Source: Mustelus asterias (taxonomy: Eukaryota). From it: 64,000 nucleotides of DNA. Position 1 is the first letter of the stretch, and each line of letters begins with the position of its first letter. Positions 23,905 to 63,854 of this stretch are shown here, piece by piece. Both the position numbers and the translations under genes were made by a program. Under the pieces are notes generated by a model that searched no databases, was not told where the DNA came from, and saw only the letters and a program-made list of their open reading frames with translations. Location of the stretch: assembly GCF_964213995.1 (NCBI RefSeq), contig NC_135813.1, positions 103,478,001 to 103,542,000 on the forward strand, written 5' to 3'.

Positions 23905-24880
23905 CTTCACCGACCTCTGACTGCCGAAACGCGCCTGCGCGGAGCCTCGCCGGACTCAACCACTTAATTTGGCGCCTTGCGCAACTGGCGCCGGAAATAT
24001 TTTCTACGTTTTTAAAAAAAAATAATCCACCACTTTGAGGGGCGGGGTTTGACTTCTCGGCCAAGAAAACAGGGAGTTCCTTTTTGTTTCCTTTCCCTTG
24101 GTGATTCTGTTATGTATAAAATTAAAATGAAGCTGGAGCAGGCTTAGCGAGGGAGGAGGGGTAAACTCGGCCTCTGATCCGCCGAATCGCGGCCGAGGCT
24201 TATGCAAATGGCCGCCTCCACGTCGCTATTTAAAGGGCGGGTGACGGCGGCGCGCTGACGTCAGCGGCGTGACGCCCTCAGCCGCTGGGCTGGAACAATG
24301 GGGAGAATGTGGCGCTATGTTTGTGGCTCCGGGATGGAGGCGGTCGCGATGGAAACGCGGCGGCCATTTCCTTTCCTCCCTCCCTCCTCGCCTCTCAGTC
24401 ACTCTTCCATCCTGTTTTATAAACATTTTTTTCCCCTCCCTTGAATCATGTCAGCTTCCCCTCCCCCATGTTTACCGGGGAATTTGACCCTCGAGGGGTT
24501 TGCAGCAAACAAAAACTGACTGGAAATAAATACCCCGCTCCTTACTTTTTAAAATGATGGCTTTAACTGACATATCATCCAAATCCGCCCCAACCTCAGT
24601 GTGTGGCGGCCCGGTGCATAAAGGCAGCCTCTCCCGAGCCGGCACGGCGGGGTTTTTGGCTGGAGGCCGGCCTGTTTTGTGGGGTCTGTGAAGTGCAATT
24701 CCCCCTCAGGCTTTGATCTGCGCTAGGCCCTCAAGGTTTTTTTTCGGGGGGTGGTGGAGGTGTCTTTCTGTGTCTCTCTTCCCCCCCGCCGTAAGGCTCC
24801 GGGTCTCGGCTTCACCGGGAGGGAGGGCCTCGAGTAACCGACCGCTGCCGCCCCCCCTCCACCCCATCCCATCCCCAGCC

Positions 24881-52357
<27,477 letters not shown>

Positions 52358-52519
52358 ATGTTCCTGGTACTGCTAAATAATGCCCTCTGCCAAAGCAAAT
52401 GACTTTACAGGCACCTGAAAGCAGATATAAATACAGCCATCTAATGCTACTTTTGAATGGGCCACAAAAATTAAATATGAACAGTTCAGTCCATTTTTGT
52501 ACATTTGCATTTACGTACC

Positions 52520-52525
52520 AATAAA
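52520..52525 (+). promoter_or_regulatory. Candidate RHBDD3 polyadenylation signal AATAAA
   Basis: First AATAAA after the stop; TGTA just upstream. Confidence 0.55.
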
Positions 52526-52726
52526 ATTGTTCTTTAAGTTTCCATGCCCAGTGGTGCTTTTTCAATAATGTATTTCAGCAATGGTCAACAATATCTGTAC
52601 AAGTTGAAAGGAATACTGGACAGGCGGATTATGGTTTTGACATCTCTTCTACACGGCTACGCCAAGTCTGAAATATTTGGCATAACGCCTGTCAATTAAA
52701 GTGAAATATATATTTCGAAAGCATTT

Positions 52727-53031
52727 AGGGTGGCACGGTGGCAAAGTAGCTAGCACTGCTGTCCCACAGCACCAGGGAACCCGGGTTTGATTCCTGGCTT
52801 GGCTCACTGTCTGTGCGGAGTCTGCACATTCTCCCTGTGTCTGCGTGGGTCTCCTCCGGGTGCTCCAGTTTCCCCTCTCAGTCCAAAAGATGTGCTGGTT
52901 AGATGCATTGGCAATGCTAAATTCTCCCTCGGTGTACCCAAACACGTGCCGGAGTGTGGCGACTAGGGGATTTTCACAGTAACTTCATTGCAGTGTTAAT
53001 GTAAGCCTACTTGTGATACTAATAAACTTAA
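52727..53031 (+). mobile_element. HE1-like V-SINE, tail type B
   Basis: Head, V-domain and tail ggagtgtggcgactaggggattttcacagtaacttcattgcagtgttaatgtaagcctacttgtg. Confidence 0.9.
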
Positions 53032-54966
53032 ACATTTTTGTAAATCTAAGGAATAGATTTGTATCTCACTGTAAGGTTGGAATTATGTGAAATGTCCTGG
53101 AGATTACGAATAAACAAAATGAATTCAAACTGGTCCCTACAAAAGTGTGACAGCTTAAAATCTCACCAACTTTGGCCACATAAGTGACTTTTAAAATAAT
53201 TTTTCATCCTTATGCAGTAGCGAAAGTATTTTAAAAATTCAAAGTAAAGCATCAAAACAAATAGGTCAAAAGACTTAATTTACCTTTTAATGAATAATTT
53301 TGACACTTCTCATGGTTGATATAAAACAGTGCTCTGTACATGAAAATTAAGTACGCCCTTTAAGACTGTATATGAAAACAGTGGTACCAAAGTTGTACAT
53401 CGTAAATATACTTAAGTGAATACTTTTGCGAGCAACTTGCATTAAAAGCCCATAGTCAAGAAACCGAATCTGTAGATAAACAAATAGCAAACTGAAATCA
53501 GAAACACATGTTGTCTTAATTATAATATTAAACACTGCACACTGAGCACCATTAAGACACACATAATTCTGTTATAGACCAAAATTACTAACTGAAACGC
53601 TACCTTCAAGTACGAATTCAGAGATATCTGCACATAAATACTTGGTATATTTTCATGCTTTTGATGGTAAAATGTCCTGTTTACTTTGATCTAGAATTTT
53701 ATGTAGCAGTCCCGTTATCTTGTGACTTGTAAATTGGATGTGCAATTAATCAACATTTTTTTTGTTGATTTGCTATCTATTTTAATGTATGCCCTTTAAA
53801 GCTAAAAAATACACAGTGTCTAATAGGATTTAAAAATGTTTAGGAATGACTGGTATGTAATAGGAAAAGGCAGTGTTTCTTGGGATTAATAGTTTGAGTA
53901 ACGCACGAATCATTTCAATATGCTACAAAACAAAGATTCTAAATTACATTTAATCCCACCCTAGGAAAACAACTTGAATGGCTCACTGAAAATACAGATT
54001 TGCTTTACCATCCCTTACTGCAGTTACCATAAACGTAAGATAATCAGTAAAGTAGCTTTAATATAATTTAAAGAGACAGGATCCCATTTGGTAAACTTCT
54101 CCCAAACATTCATTCCCGTTTTCAAGAATGGATTAAAATGCAAACTGTTGCCAGCTTTAATTCACAAGGTGGGCTCTAAAAGTGTACCTTCCAATGCAAC
54201 CACGCCGTTTGCAAAGTAACAAGTTTGTTTTCCATGACCTTCTAAAAATGATAGAGAAATTAAAAAATTAAATCTCTTGTAATTCTTCCTTCCCTTTGAT
54301 CTAAAATTGTTTACATTCTCATGAAGTGATCATTACTGGCAAACCTACTTAAAATCAAAAACACAAGTAGATAGACCCTGAGTGCACAGAGATTGTAAAG
54401 ATTCATTAAATGGTGATCATTTTGGAGAGAACAATAGGGAAGGAGGTGACCAAGGGAGAGTGTCTCATTAAACAATCATTTTCTTCCATGTAATACCGCT
54501 GATTCATCTTTTGAAATACATAATGTAGACCAATGGCAATAGTACGATTATACAGCATTTTCGAAAAAGTAATCTACTTGTGATAAAAAGTAAATGCAAA
54601 GTAAACACATTCACAAATATATGAGAGCGGCTGCCTTATGAAATATTCCAGAAGCTATGTTTACGAAAAAAAAAACACAATAGTAATCAAATGGTGACAC
54701 GTTTTGTGACATCTCTACCAGATCTCTGAGATTCCCATTAAGAAAGCAGCCTAAAACACACATTATTTTCAGCACGAATAAGAGCAAAATGCTCGCAGTT
54801 GGATGAGGCAAATCAAGTTAGTCCACTGATGTATTAAACACAGGACAAATAAACACTTTATGAACAGTTCCAGTGGTTTGGTAATCTGCTTACCCCAGTT
54901 TACCACACGTTGTTTCAGGAAGGCACCACACCGTTTACATTTTGTTGACATTTACATTGTCCTTAC

Positions 54967-55097
54967 TCATTTATCTTCAGTTTTATGTGCCAGCCTGTGT
55001 GAGATAATCTTGTAGGCCGCAAAGCTGCCTCGCTTGCCTCTGAAGAAATTTGGAGGTACAGTTGCGTAAGGATCTACTCCAGATCCATGATCAGGTT
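54967..55097 (-). CDS. EMID1: EMI domain-containing protein 1, last coding exon (EPDHGSGVDPYATVPPNFFRGKRGSFAAYKIISHRLAHKTEDK*)
   Basis: Acceptor gcctttgccattaacag|AACCT. Resembles the recalled human C-terminus (EPELGSG...LLRGKRGG..YRIV). Lies tail-to-tail with RHBDD3, as in human. Upstream exons not found in the window. Confidence 0.82.
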
Positions 55098-56180
55098 CTG
55101 TTAATGGCAAAGGCAACACAGTAAATTGAGTTTGGCAGAAACTTGGGCAGAAAGGCAAGTCAATTGTACTGCAAAATAGCTGTTAATAATCTACAAGAAA
55201 CAAACAGGATGGCAAATAATTGAGGTAATGTTATCAGGAGCAGCTTTGTTGAATCTTAGCTTTATATTTTCAATTCACCATAGCAGCATCTGATGGTTGG
55301 GAGAAGCACACTAGTTGAAGAATGGAGCTTGAATTGTACGTTTAGAATATTGACCATTAAAGCATAGCGTTTGACGAGATGTAATTTAATTGCCAGAATT
55401 TGAAATGTCTCGCTTGGAAATGACTGTGAACAATATTACTGTGTGTATGCATAAATGTACAATATTCCCCTCTCTGCTACATTAATGATTCTACTCGAGT
55501 GTAAACAGGTTAATGCTCCAATTAAAATAGCAAGAGAAAAATTTGATATGAATGCAAAAAGCATTCCCATGGTAACAACAATCATGACCATTTTCAGACT
55601 ACCTTCAGAATTCTGACAGCTGAACTAAAACACATTAAAATTCTCTCTGTACAGGGACCATCAACTTACAGTCAGTTCCAGGCTTCTGGTATTGCAACAG
55701 GAATTTACTATTGGCAAAGCTTGTAGAAATAATAGGAAACTATTAGGGAAGATTTGATGCGAAATTCCAGTTCTGTCACTAATGGAAGGAAATTAGTCTG
55801 AAACTTTAAAGACTGAAAGATGAGATGGCTTGATTAGCTTATTTAATTGCAACATACTAAATTGCTATTAGTTGTCAGAACAACTAATTTCACTTATGTT
55901 GTTTCTCTCAGTTTTAATACCGTTTATCAACCAGTCCTTTCCATCCAATAGTTAACTTTAAAAAAGGTGGCAGCTCCCTAAGTTTTAGTGTTTATATAAT
56001 TATGAAATAAAAAAGTGATATTTTTAGATTGTACATTTAATCAGATTTAGAGAATTGGGTACCATACAAATATATACTTTAAAAAAAGAATAGTCTTTAT
56101 ACACCCTTTACCAATCAGCACTTTTCATTTGATAGTTAACTTTAAAAAAGGTGGCGGCTCCCTCAGTTTTAGTGTTTATA

Positions 56181-56465
56181 TTAGCACTGCTGCCTCACAG
56201 CGCCAGGGACTCGGGTTCGATTCCCGGCTTGGGTCACTGTCTACGTGGAGCCTGCATGTTTTCCCTTTGTCTGTGTGGGTTTCTTCCGGGTGCTCTGGTT
56301 TCCTCCCACAGCCCAAAAGATGTGCTGGTTAGGTGCATTGGCCGTGCTAAATTCTCCCTCCGCGTACCTGAACAGGCGCCGGAGTGTGGCGACTAGGGGA
56401 TTTTCACAGTAACTTCATTGCAGGGTTAATGTAAACCTACTTGTGACACTGATAAATAAACTTTT
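56181..56465 (+). mobile_element. HE1-like V-SINE, tail type B, with the 5' head clipped
   Basis: Starts at ttagcactgctgcctcacagc; full type B tail. Confidence 0.88.
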
Positions 56466-57399
56466 AAAAAATTATGATTTCAACAATTAACCAAAGGTGC
56501 ACAGGCTATTCTATCAGAAAAAAAAAACGTGACTTTTTAAGTGTAAGCAGATAAATTCAATAATCTATTGCGATAAACATAGAAAATATAAGCAATACCC
56601 AGCATCTGAAAAAAAAGGAAATCTTTTTAGGATTGAGCAGAACAAAGGGGATACGCATCAAATGTGTTAAATACTGATACAATAAGATTAATAAGCTGAA
56701 GCATCAACCTATCTTTTCTCTTTTTAAAAATTGATGGCTCCCCTGTACGTTTCCAGCATTTTCCAATTTTGCTTCAAGTTTCGAACGCTTTTACTTTCGT
56801 TTAACTTAGCAATGTGAATCCAGGCACATTTAAAGCATGATAATAAAACACCCACAAACACAAAGGTTAAAAATAAAGACAAATAAGACCATTCAACGTT
56901 TTTTTTATCTTAAAAGAGATTCCCTTTTCAGAAAACAGGAGTAGAAACAGCCACAGACTCTAAAATCCCATCAGATGAGTGAGAAATTGGGCTGATTGAC
57001 TCCCCTTTCTGTTCTCCAAAAATGTGACTGGAGAACTCATGCATGCTTGTGGGGTGAATTGCACTGGACACCATGTTGTTGCTGGCATTAACAGACACGC
57101 AGGTGAACATCCACCAGAAAGACACACAGCAGACAGTTCAGCAACAGGAAAAATCCTTTCCAACAGTGATATTTAAAGGGATCATCAACTACTTACAGGT
57201 TGGCAGATGGAAGATTTCTTCTGGCTCTTTCTGCAATTCTGTAAGTGTTTGCTGCTTTTTGTAATTGTTTCAAGTTGCAAAAGTCTATTGGGAGTGGTTT
57301 ACGTTGAAGGTTTTTTTTTTACTGACTTCATGGCTTTTGCACAAAACAGCGCCCTCCGCCCCGCCCTGATGTGGATGCACTAAGAGACATTCCTCTTGG

Positions 57400-58620
57400 A
57401 ATACAGTGTGATGTGCGGAATGAACAGAGGCTATGCAGAACAGGACAAGCTGCTGGAAGAGGGAGGAGGGGCAGACATGCTCTCAGCAAGGTGTCATATC
57501 TACCAAGGATGTTTGTGGGGGCCACTTTCCTACTTGAACCTCAGCAAGGAACAATGTGTGAGAGGGCTGCATTTCCAAAGATATCCTCCCTGCAATCTGC
57601 CAAAGCCACAGGCACCATCTCAAAGTAGAACAAGAACCACATTGCCTGTGGCTGAGAGGTTGACCATGAGAAGGAAGGTTTATGTTTTTGGTTCCTTTTG
57701 GGCTGGTGCCAGACATAATGGTGACATCATGCAGCTTGCCATCCACTGTTAAGGAGTTCACTCACTTTCTATTCAAGGAAAGTCAACTAATTACATTTCA
57801 TTCATGCATGCCAAAGACAATCAGGCAGAACAAGCATGCAACTTGGCTCAGGCTGTAGGCTTCCCATGGTGTAGAACATCAGTGGCTGCATGCACATTGC
57901 TTTACAAGTGCCGCATGTCAACTCTACTCCATACTGAAACCTAAATGTAAAGAGGTTCCAGATTAAAAATGACTATAGACAGTGAATCGTGCATGCAAAT
58001 CCTGACAGCCTCCATTCTGCAGCAGGTCACTGACCCGGCTACATTTGAGCTACCATGGCAAATCATAGATTGACAACGACCTATGGGCAGCACAATGACA
58101 CAGTGGTTAGCACTGCTGCCTCACAACTCCAGAGACTGGGGTTCGATTCCAGCCTTGGGTCACTGTCTGTGTGGAGCTTGCACATCACCCCATGTCTGCG
58201 TGGGTTTCCTCTGGGTGCTCCAGCTTCCTCCCACAGTCCAAAGATGTGCGAGTTAGGTGGATTGGCTATGCTAAACTGACCCTAATGTTAGGGGGATTAG
58301 CAGGGTAAATATGTGGGGTTACGGGAATAGGGCCCAGGTGGGATTGTGGGCGGTGCAGACTCGATGGGCCGAATGTACTCCTTCTGCACTGTTGGGATTC
58401 TATGATTCCATGACACCAGTAAGCAACTTACACACATGACAGCACGCATGCTGCCATAGAGAATGTGATAGCATATACCACAGCCAGACTGCAACTATGC
58501 TTCAGCTGCATAGAATAGACCCTACAGGACAGATGTCAAGATTCCAGGTGGTCTGCTGCTTCTTACAATACTTCCCTATCATGAGGGGTCAGTCCTTACC
58601 AACAGCTAAATGGCCTATAA
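57400..58620 (+). pseudogene. Harbinger (HARBI1-like) DDE transposase pseudogene
   Basis: SYLNLSKEQCVRGLHF, TLPVAERLT..VYVFGSFWAG, GF(P)..GCMHIALQVP (GAIDCTH equivalent), HAAIENVI..., SRFQVVCCFLQYFPIMRGQSLP; stops and frameshifts; SINE inserted at 58085-58408. Confidence 0.78.
58085..58408 (+). mobile_element. HE1-like V-SINE, tail type A
   Basis: Head, V-domain, tail gatgggccgaat...ctgcactgttgggattctatgattcc. Confidence 0.9.
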
Positions 58621-58857
58621 AGCCTGGCTGTAGATTGCACCGTCACAACTCGGGTGGCAGCAGTCTGGTTAGGTTGGCTGACCAGTATCAGCGAGGGCAC
58701 TGGTGCAGTGACAGGGTGGGAAGACAAATGCTGTCTTGCTGAAAGAGGACATCAGGTCATACTCCATGGAGACACTGCCACTCCTCTGGAGCAGCATCAC
58801 AGCAACACTAACAAACTCTTGGAAGTCACATTGGTGAACTGGCACAACACCCTCCAA

Positions 58858-59142
58858 GGGCAGCACAGTGGCACAGTGATTAGCACTGCTGTCTCACAGT
58901 GCCAGGGACCCGGGTTCAATTCCCGGCTTGGGTCACTGTCTGTGTGGAGTTTGCACCTTCTCCCCGTGTCTGTGTGGGTTTCCTCCCACAGTCCAAAGAT
59001 GTGTGGGTTAGGTGGATTGGCTGTGCTGAATTCTCCCTCAGTGTACCCAAACAGGAATCAGATTGTGGCTACTAGGGGATTTTCACAGTAACTTCATTGC
59101 AGTATTAATGTAAGCCGACTTGTGACTAATAAATAAACTTTA
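58858..59142 (+). mobile_element. HE1-like V-SINE, tail type B
   Basis: Head, V-domain with a small deletion, type B tail. Confidence 0.9.
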
Positions 59143-59439
59143 ATTTAAGCCCCTTTGCACACTGTAACCCACAGCTGTGATGACAGAAGGCTGAGCTTGT
59201 GTAGCAGCATTCAGATGTTGGGCAGGAGCTGTTATGCTGAAATGGATGCTGCCCCATCAGCCGTCAAGTGCTGGATTTGCACTTGAGAGTTGAGCATCAC
59301 TTCCACCCTGGAAAAGATGGGCTCCAATCTCTGCACAAAGCCCCATATTAGCTTGATGCCAGACAGCTCAACGCTGACTGCAGACTTCCTAATGTACCAA
59401 GCCTTTTGTTGCCGTACCCATTAGCATTCTTTCTGTCTC

Positions 59440-60340
59440 ATAGAGTCATAAGAGGTTTACAGCATTGAATCAGGCCCTTCGGCCCAACTTGTCCATGCCG
59501 CCCTTTTTTTTAAAAGCCCCTAAGATAATCCCAATTGCCCACATTTGGACCATATCCCTCTATACCCATCGTACCCATGTAACTATCTAAATGCTTTTTA
59601 AAAGATAAAATTGTACCCACCTCTACTACTACCTCTGGCAGCTTGTTCCAGACACTCACCACCCTTTGTGTGAAAAAATTGCCCCTCTGGACACTTTTGT
59701 ATCTCTCCCCTCTCACCTTAAACCTATGCCCTCTAGTTTTAGACTCCCCTATCTTTGGGAAAAGATATTGACTATCTACCTTGTCTATGCCCCTCATTAT
59801 TTTATAGATCTCTATAAGGTCACCCCTCAGCCTCCTATGGCTCCAGTGATAAAAGTCCCAGTCTATTCAGCCTCTCCTTATAACTCAATCCATCAAGTCC
59901 CAGTAGCATCCGAGTAAATCTTTTCTGCATTCTTTCTAGTTTAATAATATCCTTTCTATAATAGGATGACCAGAATTGCATGCAGTATTCCAAGTGTGGC
60001 CTCATCAATGTCTTGTACAACTTCAACAAGATGTTCCAACTCCTGTATTCAATGTTCTGACCGATGAAACCAAGCATGCCAAATGCCTTCTTCACCACTC
60101 TGTCCACCTGTGACTCCACTTTCAAGGAGTTATGAACATGTACTCCTAGATCTCTTTGTTCTGTAACTCTCCCCAACGCCCTACCATTAACTGAGTAAGT
60201 CCTGCCCTGGTTCAAGCTACCAAAATGCATCACCTCGTATTTGTCTAAATTAAACTCCATCTGCCATTCATCAGCCCACTGGCCCAATTGATCAAGATCC
60301 CGTTGCAATTGGAGATAACTTTCTTCACTGTCCACTATGT
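59440..60340 (-). mobile_element. Well-preserved CR1 LINE 3' fragment
   Basis: Track ORFs 59835..60335 and 59510..59797 (LQRDLDQL...RPHLEYCMQFW...NFFTQRVVSVWNKLP). Confidence 0.94.
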
Positions 60341-60379
60341 CTCACTGAAGCCCTCTCTAAGTCCTCAGCACTGGAACCT

Positions 60380-61652
60380 ATGGACGATCTCTCTCTATGG
60401 CAGGCTTGAGCTTGTGTGATCCTTGCCCCTGTCCTGCCTGAAGCTTACTCATGCCCAATGTCTCACTTGGTGCAGACCACAATCCCCTCCCCAAGTTACG
60501 TGCAGTTTCAGAATCTGAGATGGTGACTGTTATTGTGAAATTAAGTGTAGGTGATGTGTCTTCTTCATCAGTCTCTGTTTGGTGTTCCTCTACAGCCTGG
60601 CCAAGTTGCACCTCTTGGGTATCTGAAAGAGAAAGGTTGAAGGGCGGGGTTGTGGTGCTGGGAAGGGAAAAGTAAAGGGTGCATGCTTATGGTGGTGAGT
60701 GTCTGGAACAAGCTGCCAGAGGTAGTAGTGGAGGCAGGTACAATTCTGTCTTTTAGAAAGCGTTTAGACAGTTACGTGGGTAAGATGGCTATAGAGGGAT
60801 ATGTGCTAAACGCGGGCAATTGGGACTAGCTTAGTGGTTAAAAAAGGGGCGGCATGGACAAGTTGGGCCGAAGGGCCTGTTTCCATGCTGTAAACCTCTA
60901 TGACTCTATACCATCTGCAGCTTGTAAATTAGAAGAGTGTGGAATAGGGAAAAATGGGATGTGAGAAGGAGGATTAACTATAAGGAAACTACTGATTTCA
61001 ATAGTTTTAATCTGCCAATGCCACCGCCACAGCCTCAGCAATAATGGCCAGCACCATCTCCTTCATGGGATTTAGCACAGATATGGACGTGTCCCCCATC
61101 TGATTTGCTCCATGATCTTCTTGTTGTGAATCTCCTTTTCCTGCAAAGGTAAGGGGTGTGTGTTCAGTGAGTGCCGTGTGATCTATTTCGTTGAATGGCT
61201 GAGAGTGTGTGCAATCAGCGAGATGTGAGTGTGAGGCTTGCATTGGTGCCGTTAGTGAGGATGAGGTGAAGCATATAAATGGTAGGCTTGAGTCCCAATT
61301 GATAGGGATAAGTGGTAGATGAGTTAGGGGAATTTAAGCAAATTGAGCAATGTCTGAAGCTATTGGTAGAGTTAATTGGATATGGCAATTGAAGATGCAT
61401 TCGCTGACCTTGAACACTCATGTGAGATCATTGTATTTCTTGTGGCACCGCATCCAGGTTCTTGGGGTTTGATTCCCTGATATTGGCCACCATAGCTATC
61501 TGCTTCCACTGCCCTTTGATCATGTGTCTGGAGATACCCCTTTCCCCATGGCACCATAGGGTATCTCTTCTTCCTTTCCACCTCCTCCATTGAGAACTCC
61601 AGTGCAGAGCCTGAAAGCTTTGCAGCCCTCTCTCTCTCCTGTGTTGTGCCAT
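60380..61652 (-). pseudogene. Harbinger Myb/SANT-like DNA-binding ORF, spliced and frameshifted
   Basis: Joined across frameshifts: MAQHRRE/RAAKLSGSALEFSMEEVER/RDTL...QWKQIA...P/RTWMRCHKKYNDLT|gtcag. Further exons start after cag at about 61140 (...VLNPMKEMVLAII) and about 60622. Confidence 0.72.
60690..60909 (+). mobile_element. CR1 3' end, same subfamily as 59440-59662 but opposite orientation
   Basis: gtgagtgtctggaacaagctgccagaggtagtag...catgctgtaaacctctatgactcta. Confidence 0.9.
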
Positions 61653-62418
61653 TCCACACTCTTTCCCAGGTCAGTCAACCCATAACTTGCAGCATCTGCT
61701 CCAGCCACAATGCACCTTACCTTTTAAGAGGTGCAGGCTCGCCTTAAGCAGTGCAAGCTAGGTTTAACTGGTTCCAGCCACTCATGATATTGGGCCCCCC
61801 TTTCTTATGCGCCCGTGGTAATGAGATCATTCAAATTAATAGGCAGTACACTGGGCATGGATTAATCGTGCATCATGATGCTGACACCCATTTTCAGGGG
61901 TGATGCAATTTAGCCTCCCCTTGTGCTCAGAAAGCAAAGGGAAGGGGAGTCGGAACAGCTAGAGTCTTCTCAGAAAAAAACAGTAAAGCAGGAAGCCTCC
62001 AATAAGTCAGTTAATTTCATTTATTCAGGTAGACTGATATTCTGATGGATGTGCAGCTTTGAAATGTCAGCATCTGCGACAGTATAGAGTCATTTCTGTG
62101 GAACAGATCATTTCACTTTGATAGGCTGAGTACTTTACATTGAAGACAGAGAAACAAAGGAAAGAAATGGAAGAAAATGCATGAGGGTGTAAGGTTAGAA
62201 CCTGACTAACAAAATAAGCGTTTGAGTTGAGAGGCAGCAACTATTTTGCTGAACTCTGATAATTTAGTAGAAGAGATCTATTGTAAGTTTTACAGTATTA
62301 TGGAGATAATGAGAATTGAGAGGATTTTTAAAAAATTGCTAAGTGCAGTACCTGTGAATTTATCTGTGAAGCAAATGCTACTTTTCATGGATTAAATTTA
62401 CAAATCCTATTCAATAAA

Positions 62419-62947
62419 GTGTTGGAATATCGTGTTCAATTCTGGTCGCCAAACTACCAGAAAGATGTGGAGGCTTTGGAGAGGGTACAGAAAAGATTTA
62501 CCAGGATGTTAACTGATATGGAGGGCGTTAGCTATAAGGAGAGGTTGGAGAAACTCACTGGAACGACGGAGGTTGAGGGGCGACCTGATAGAAGTCTACA
62601 AGATTATGAGGGACATGGACAGAGTGGATAGTCAGAAGCTTTTTCCAAAGGTGGAAGAGTCAATTATGGTGTTTAAGGTGCAAGGGGCAAGGTTTAAAGG
62701 AGATGTTCGAGGCAAGTTTTTTACATAGAGGGTGGTGGGTGCCTGGAACTCGCTGCCAGGGAGGTAGTGGAAAAAGATACGATAGTGACTTTTAACGGGG
62801 GGTCTGGACAAATACATGAATAGGATGGGAATAGAGGGATATGGTCCCCGGAAGGGTAAGGGGTTTTAGTTAAGTCGGGCAGCATGGTCGGTGCAGGCTT
62901 GGAGGGCCGAAGGGCCTGTTCCTGTAATTTTCTTTGTTCTTTGTTCT
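62419..62947 (+). mobile_element. CR1 LINE 3' fragment
   Basis: LEYRVQFWSPNYQKDVEALERVQKRFTRM; tail ending tttgttctttgttctt. Confidence 0.9.
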
Positions 62948-63052
62948 TTAAATTCACTCGGTCAGAAATAATTTGGCTTTGTTGCTTTTGTTGCTTATGA
63001 AATAATGAAAACATTTACATGCTTAATATCAAACCATTCCATGGAATGTGAT

Positions 63053-63188
63053 AAAAGCAAATTACTGCGGATGCTGAAACCTGAAACAAAAACAGAAAAT
63101 GCTGGAAAATCTCAGCAGGTCTCACAGCATCTGCAGAGAGAGAATAGAGCCAACATTTCGAGTCTGGATGACTATTTGTCAGAGCTGA
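63053..63188 (-). mobile_element. Penelope-like family 1 terminal repeat
   Basis: aaaagcaaattactgcggatgctg...gagtctggatgactatttgtcagagct. Confidence 0.72.
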
Positions 63189-63559
63189 ATGTGGGTGGCA
63201 TGGTGGCGCAGTGGTCAGTACTGCTGCCTCACAGCCTTAGGAATCCGGGTTCAATATATAATAAATAAACTTTCAAACATACTTCTCTGCACAAATACCT
63301 TCTTTAACTAAATTTAAAAGTATATCTGAAAGATTATGTGGAGCAGTTTTAAATCGTAAAATACAGATCACAGCAGATAAAAACAAGAAAAATTCTGGTT
63401 AATGTTTCATAAATAGCTATTTGGTATTACATAACGTGGGTATGGCTGAAAAAAGATGTCAAAGCTTTTCGTCTTACACGCATCAGAACAATCTCAAGAA
63501 TACCAATGCCAGGGGAAACAATAACTTTATACTGTATGAGAAGAGAATGCTGATTGGTT

Positions 63560-63854
63560 GTTTATTTATTAGTGTCACAAGTAGGCTTACATTAACACTG
63601 CAATCAAATTATTGTGAAAATCCCCTAGTCGCCACACTGGGGCGCCTGTTTGGGTACACTGAGGGAGAATTCAGCATGACCAATGCACCTAATTAGCACT
63701 TCTTTCGGACTGTGGGAGGAAACTGGAGCGCCCGGAGGAAACCCACGCAGACACAGGGAAAATGTGAAAACTCCACACAGACAGTGACTCAAGTCGGGTA
63801 TCGAACCCAGGTCCCTGAAGCTGTGAAGCAGCAGTGCTAACCACTGTGCCACCC
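63560..63854 (-). mobile_element. HE1-like V-SINE, tail type B, inserted into a Penelope-like family 2 repeat
   Basis: Reverse complement of the 52727 element; the host repeat resumes after 63855. Confidence 0.9.

Larger units (their letters stand above)
57051..61916. mobile_element. Fossil autonomous PIF/Harbinger transposon (transposase on +, spliced Myb/SANT gene on -) with nested SINEs and CR1s
   Basis: Degraded HARBI1-like transposase at about 57400-58620; Myb/SANT-like exons at about 60380-61652; imperfect TIR ggggtgaattgca (57051) versus tgcaatttagcc (61904-61915). Confidence 0.75.

Noticed and set aside
23348-24487. Several 60-180 aa ORFs around the CpG island
   Set aside because: Stop-poor GC-rich promoter and intron 1 sequence; only the 13-nt EWSR1 exon 1 has splice and homology support.
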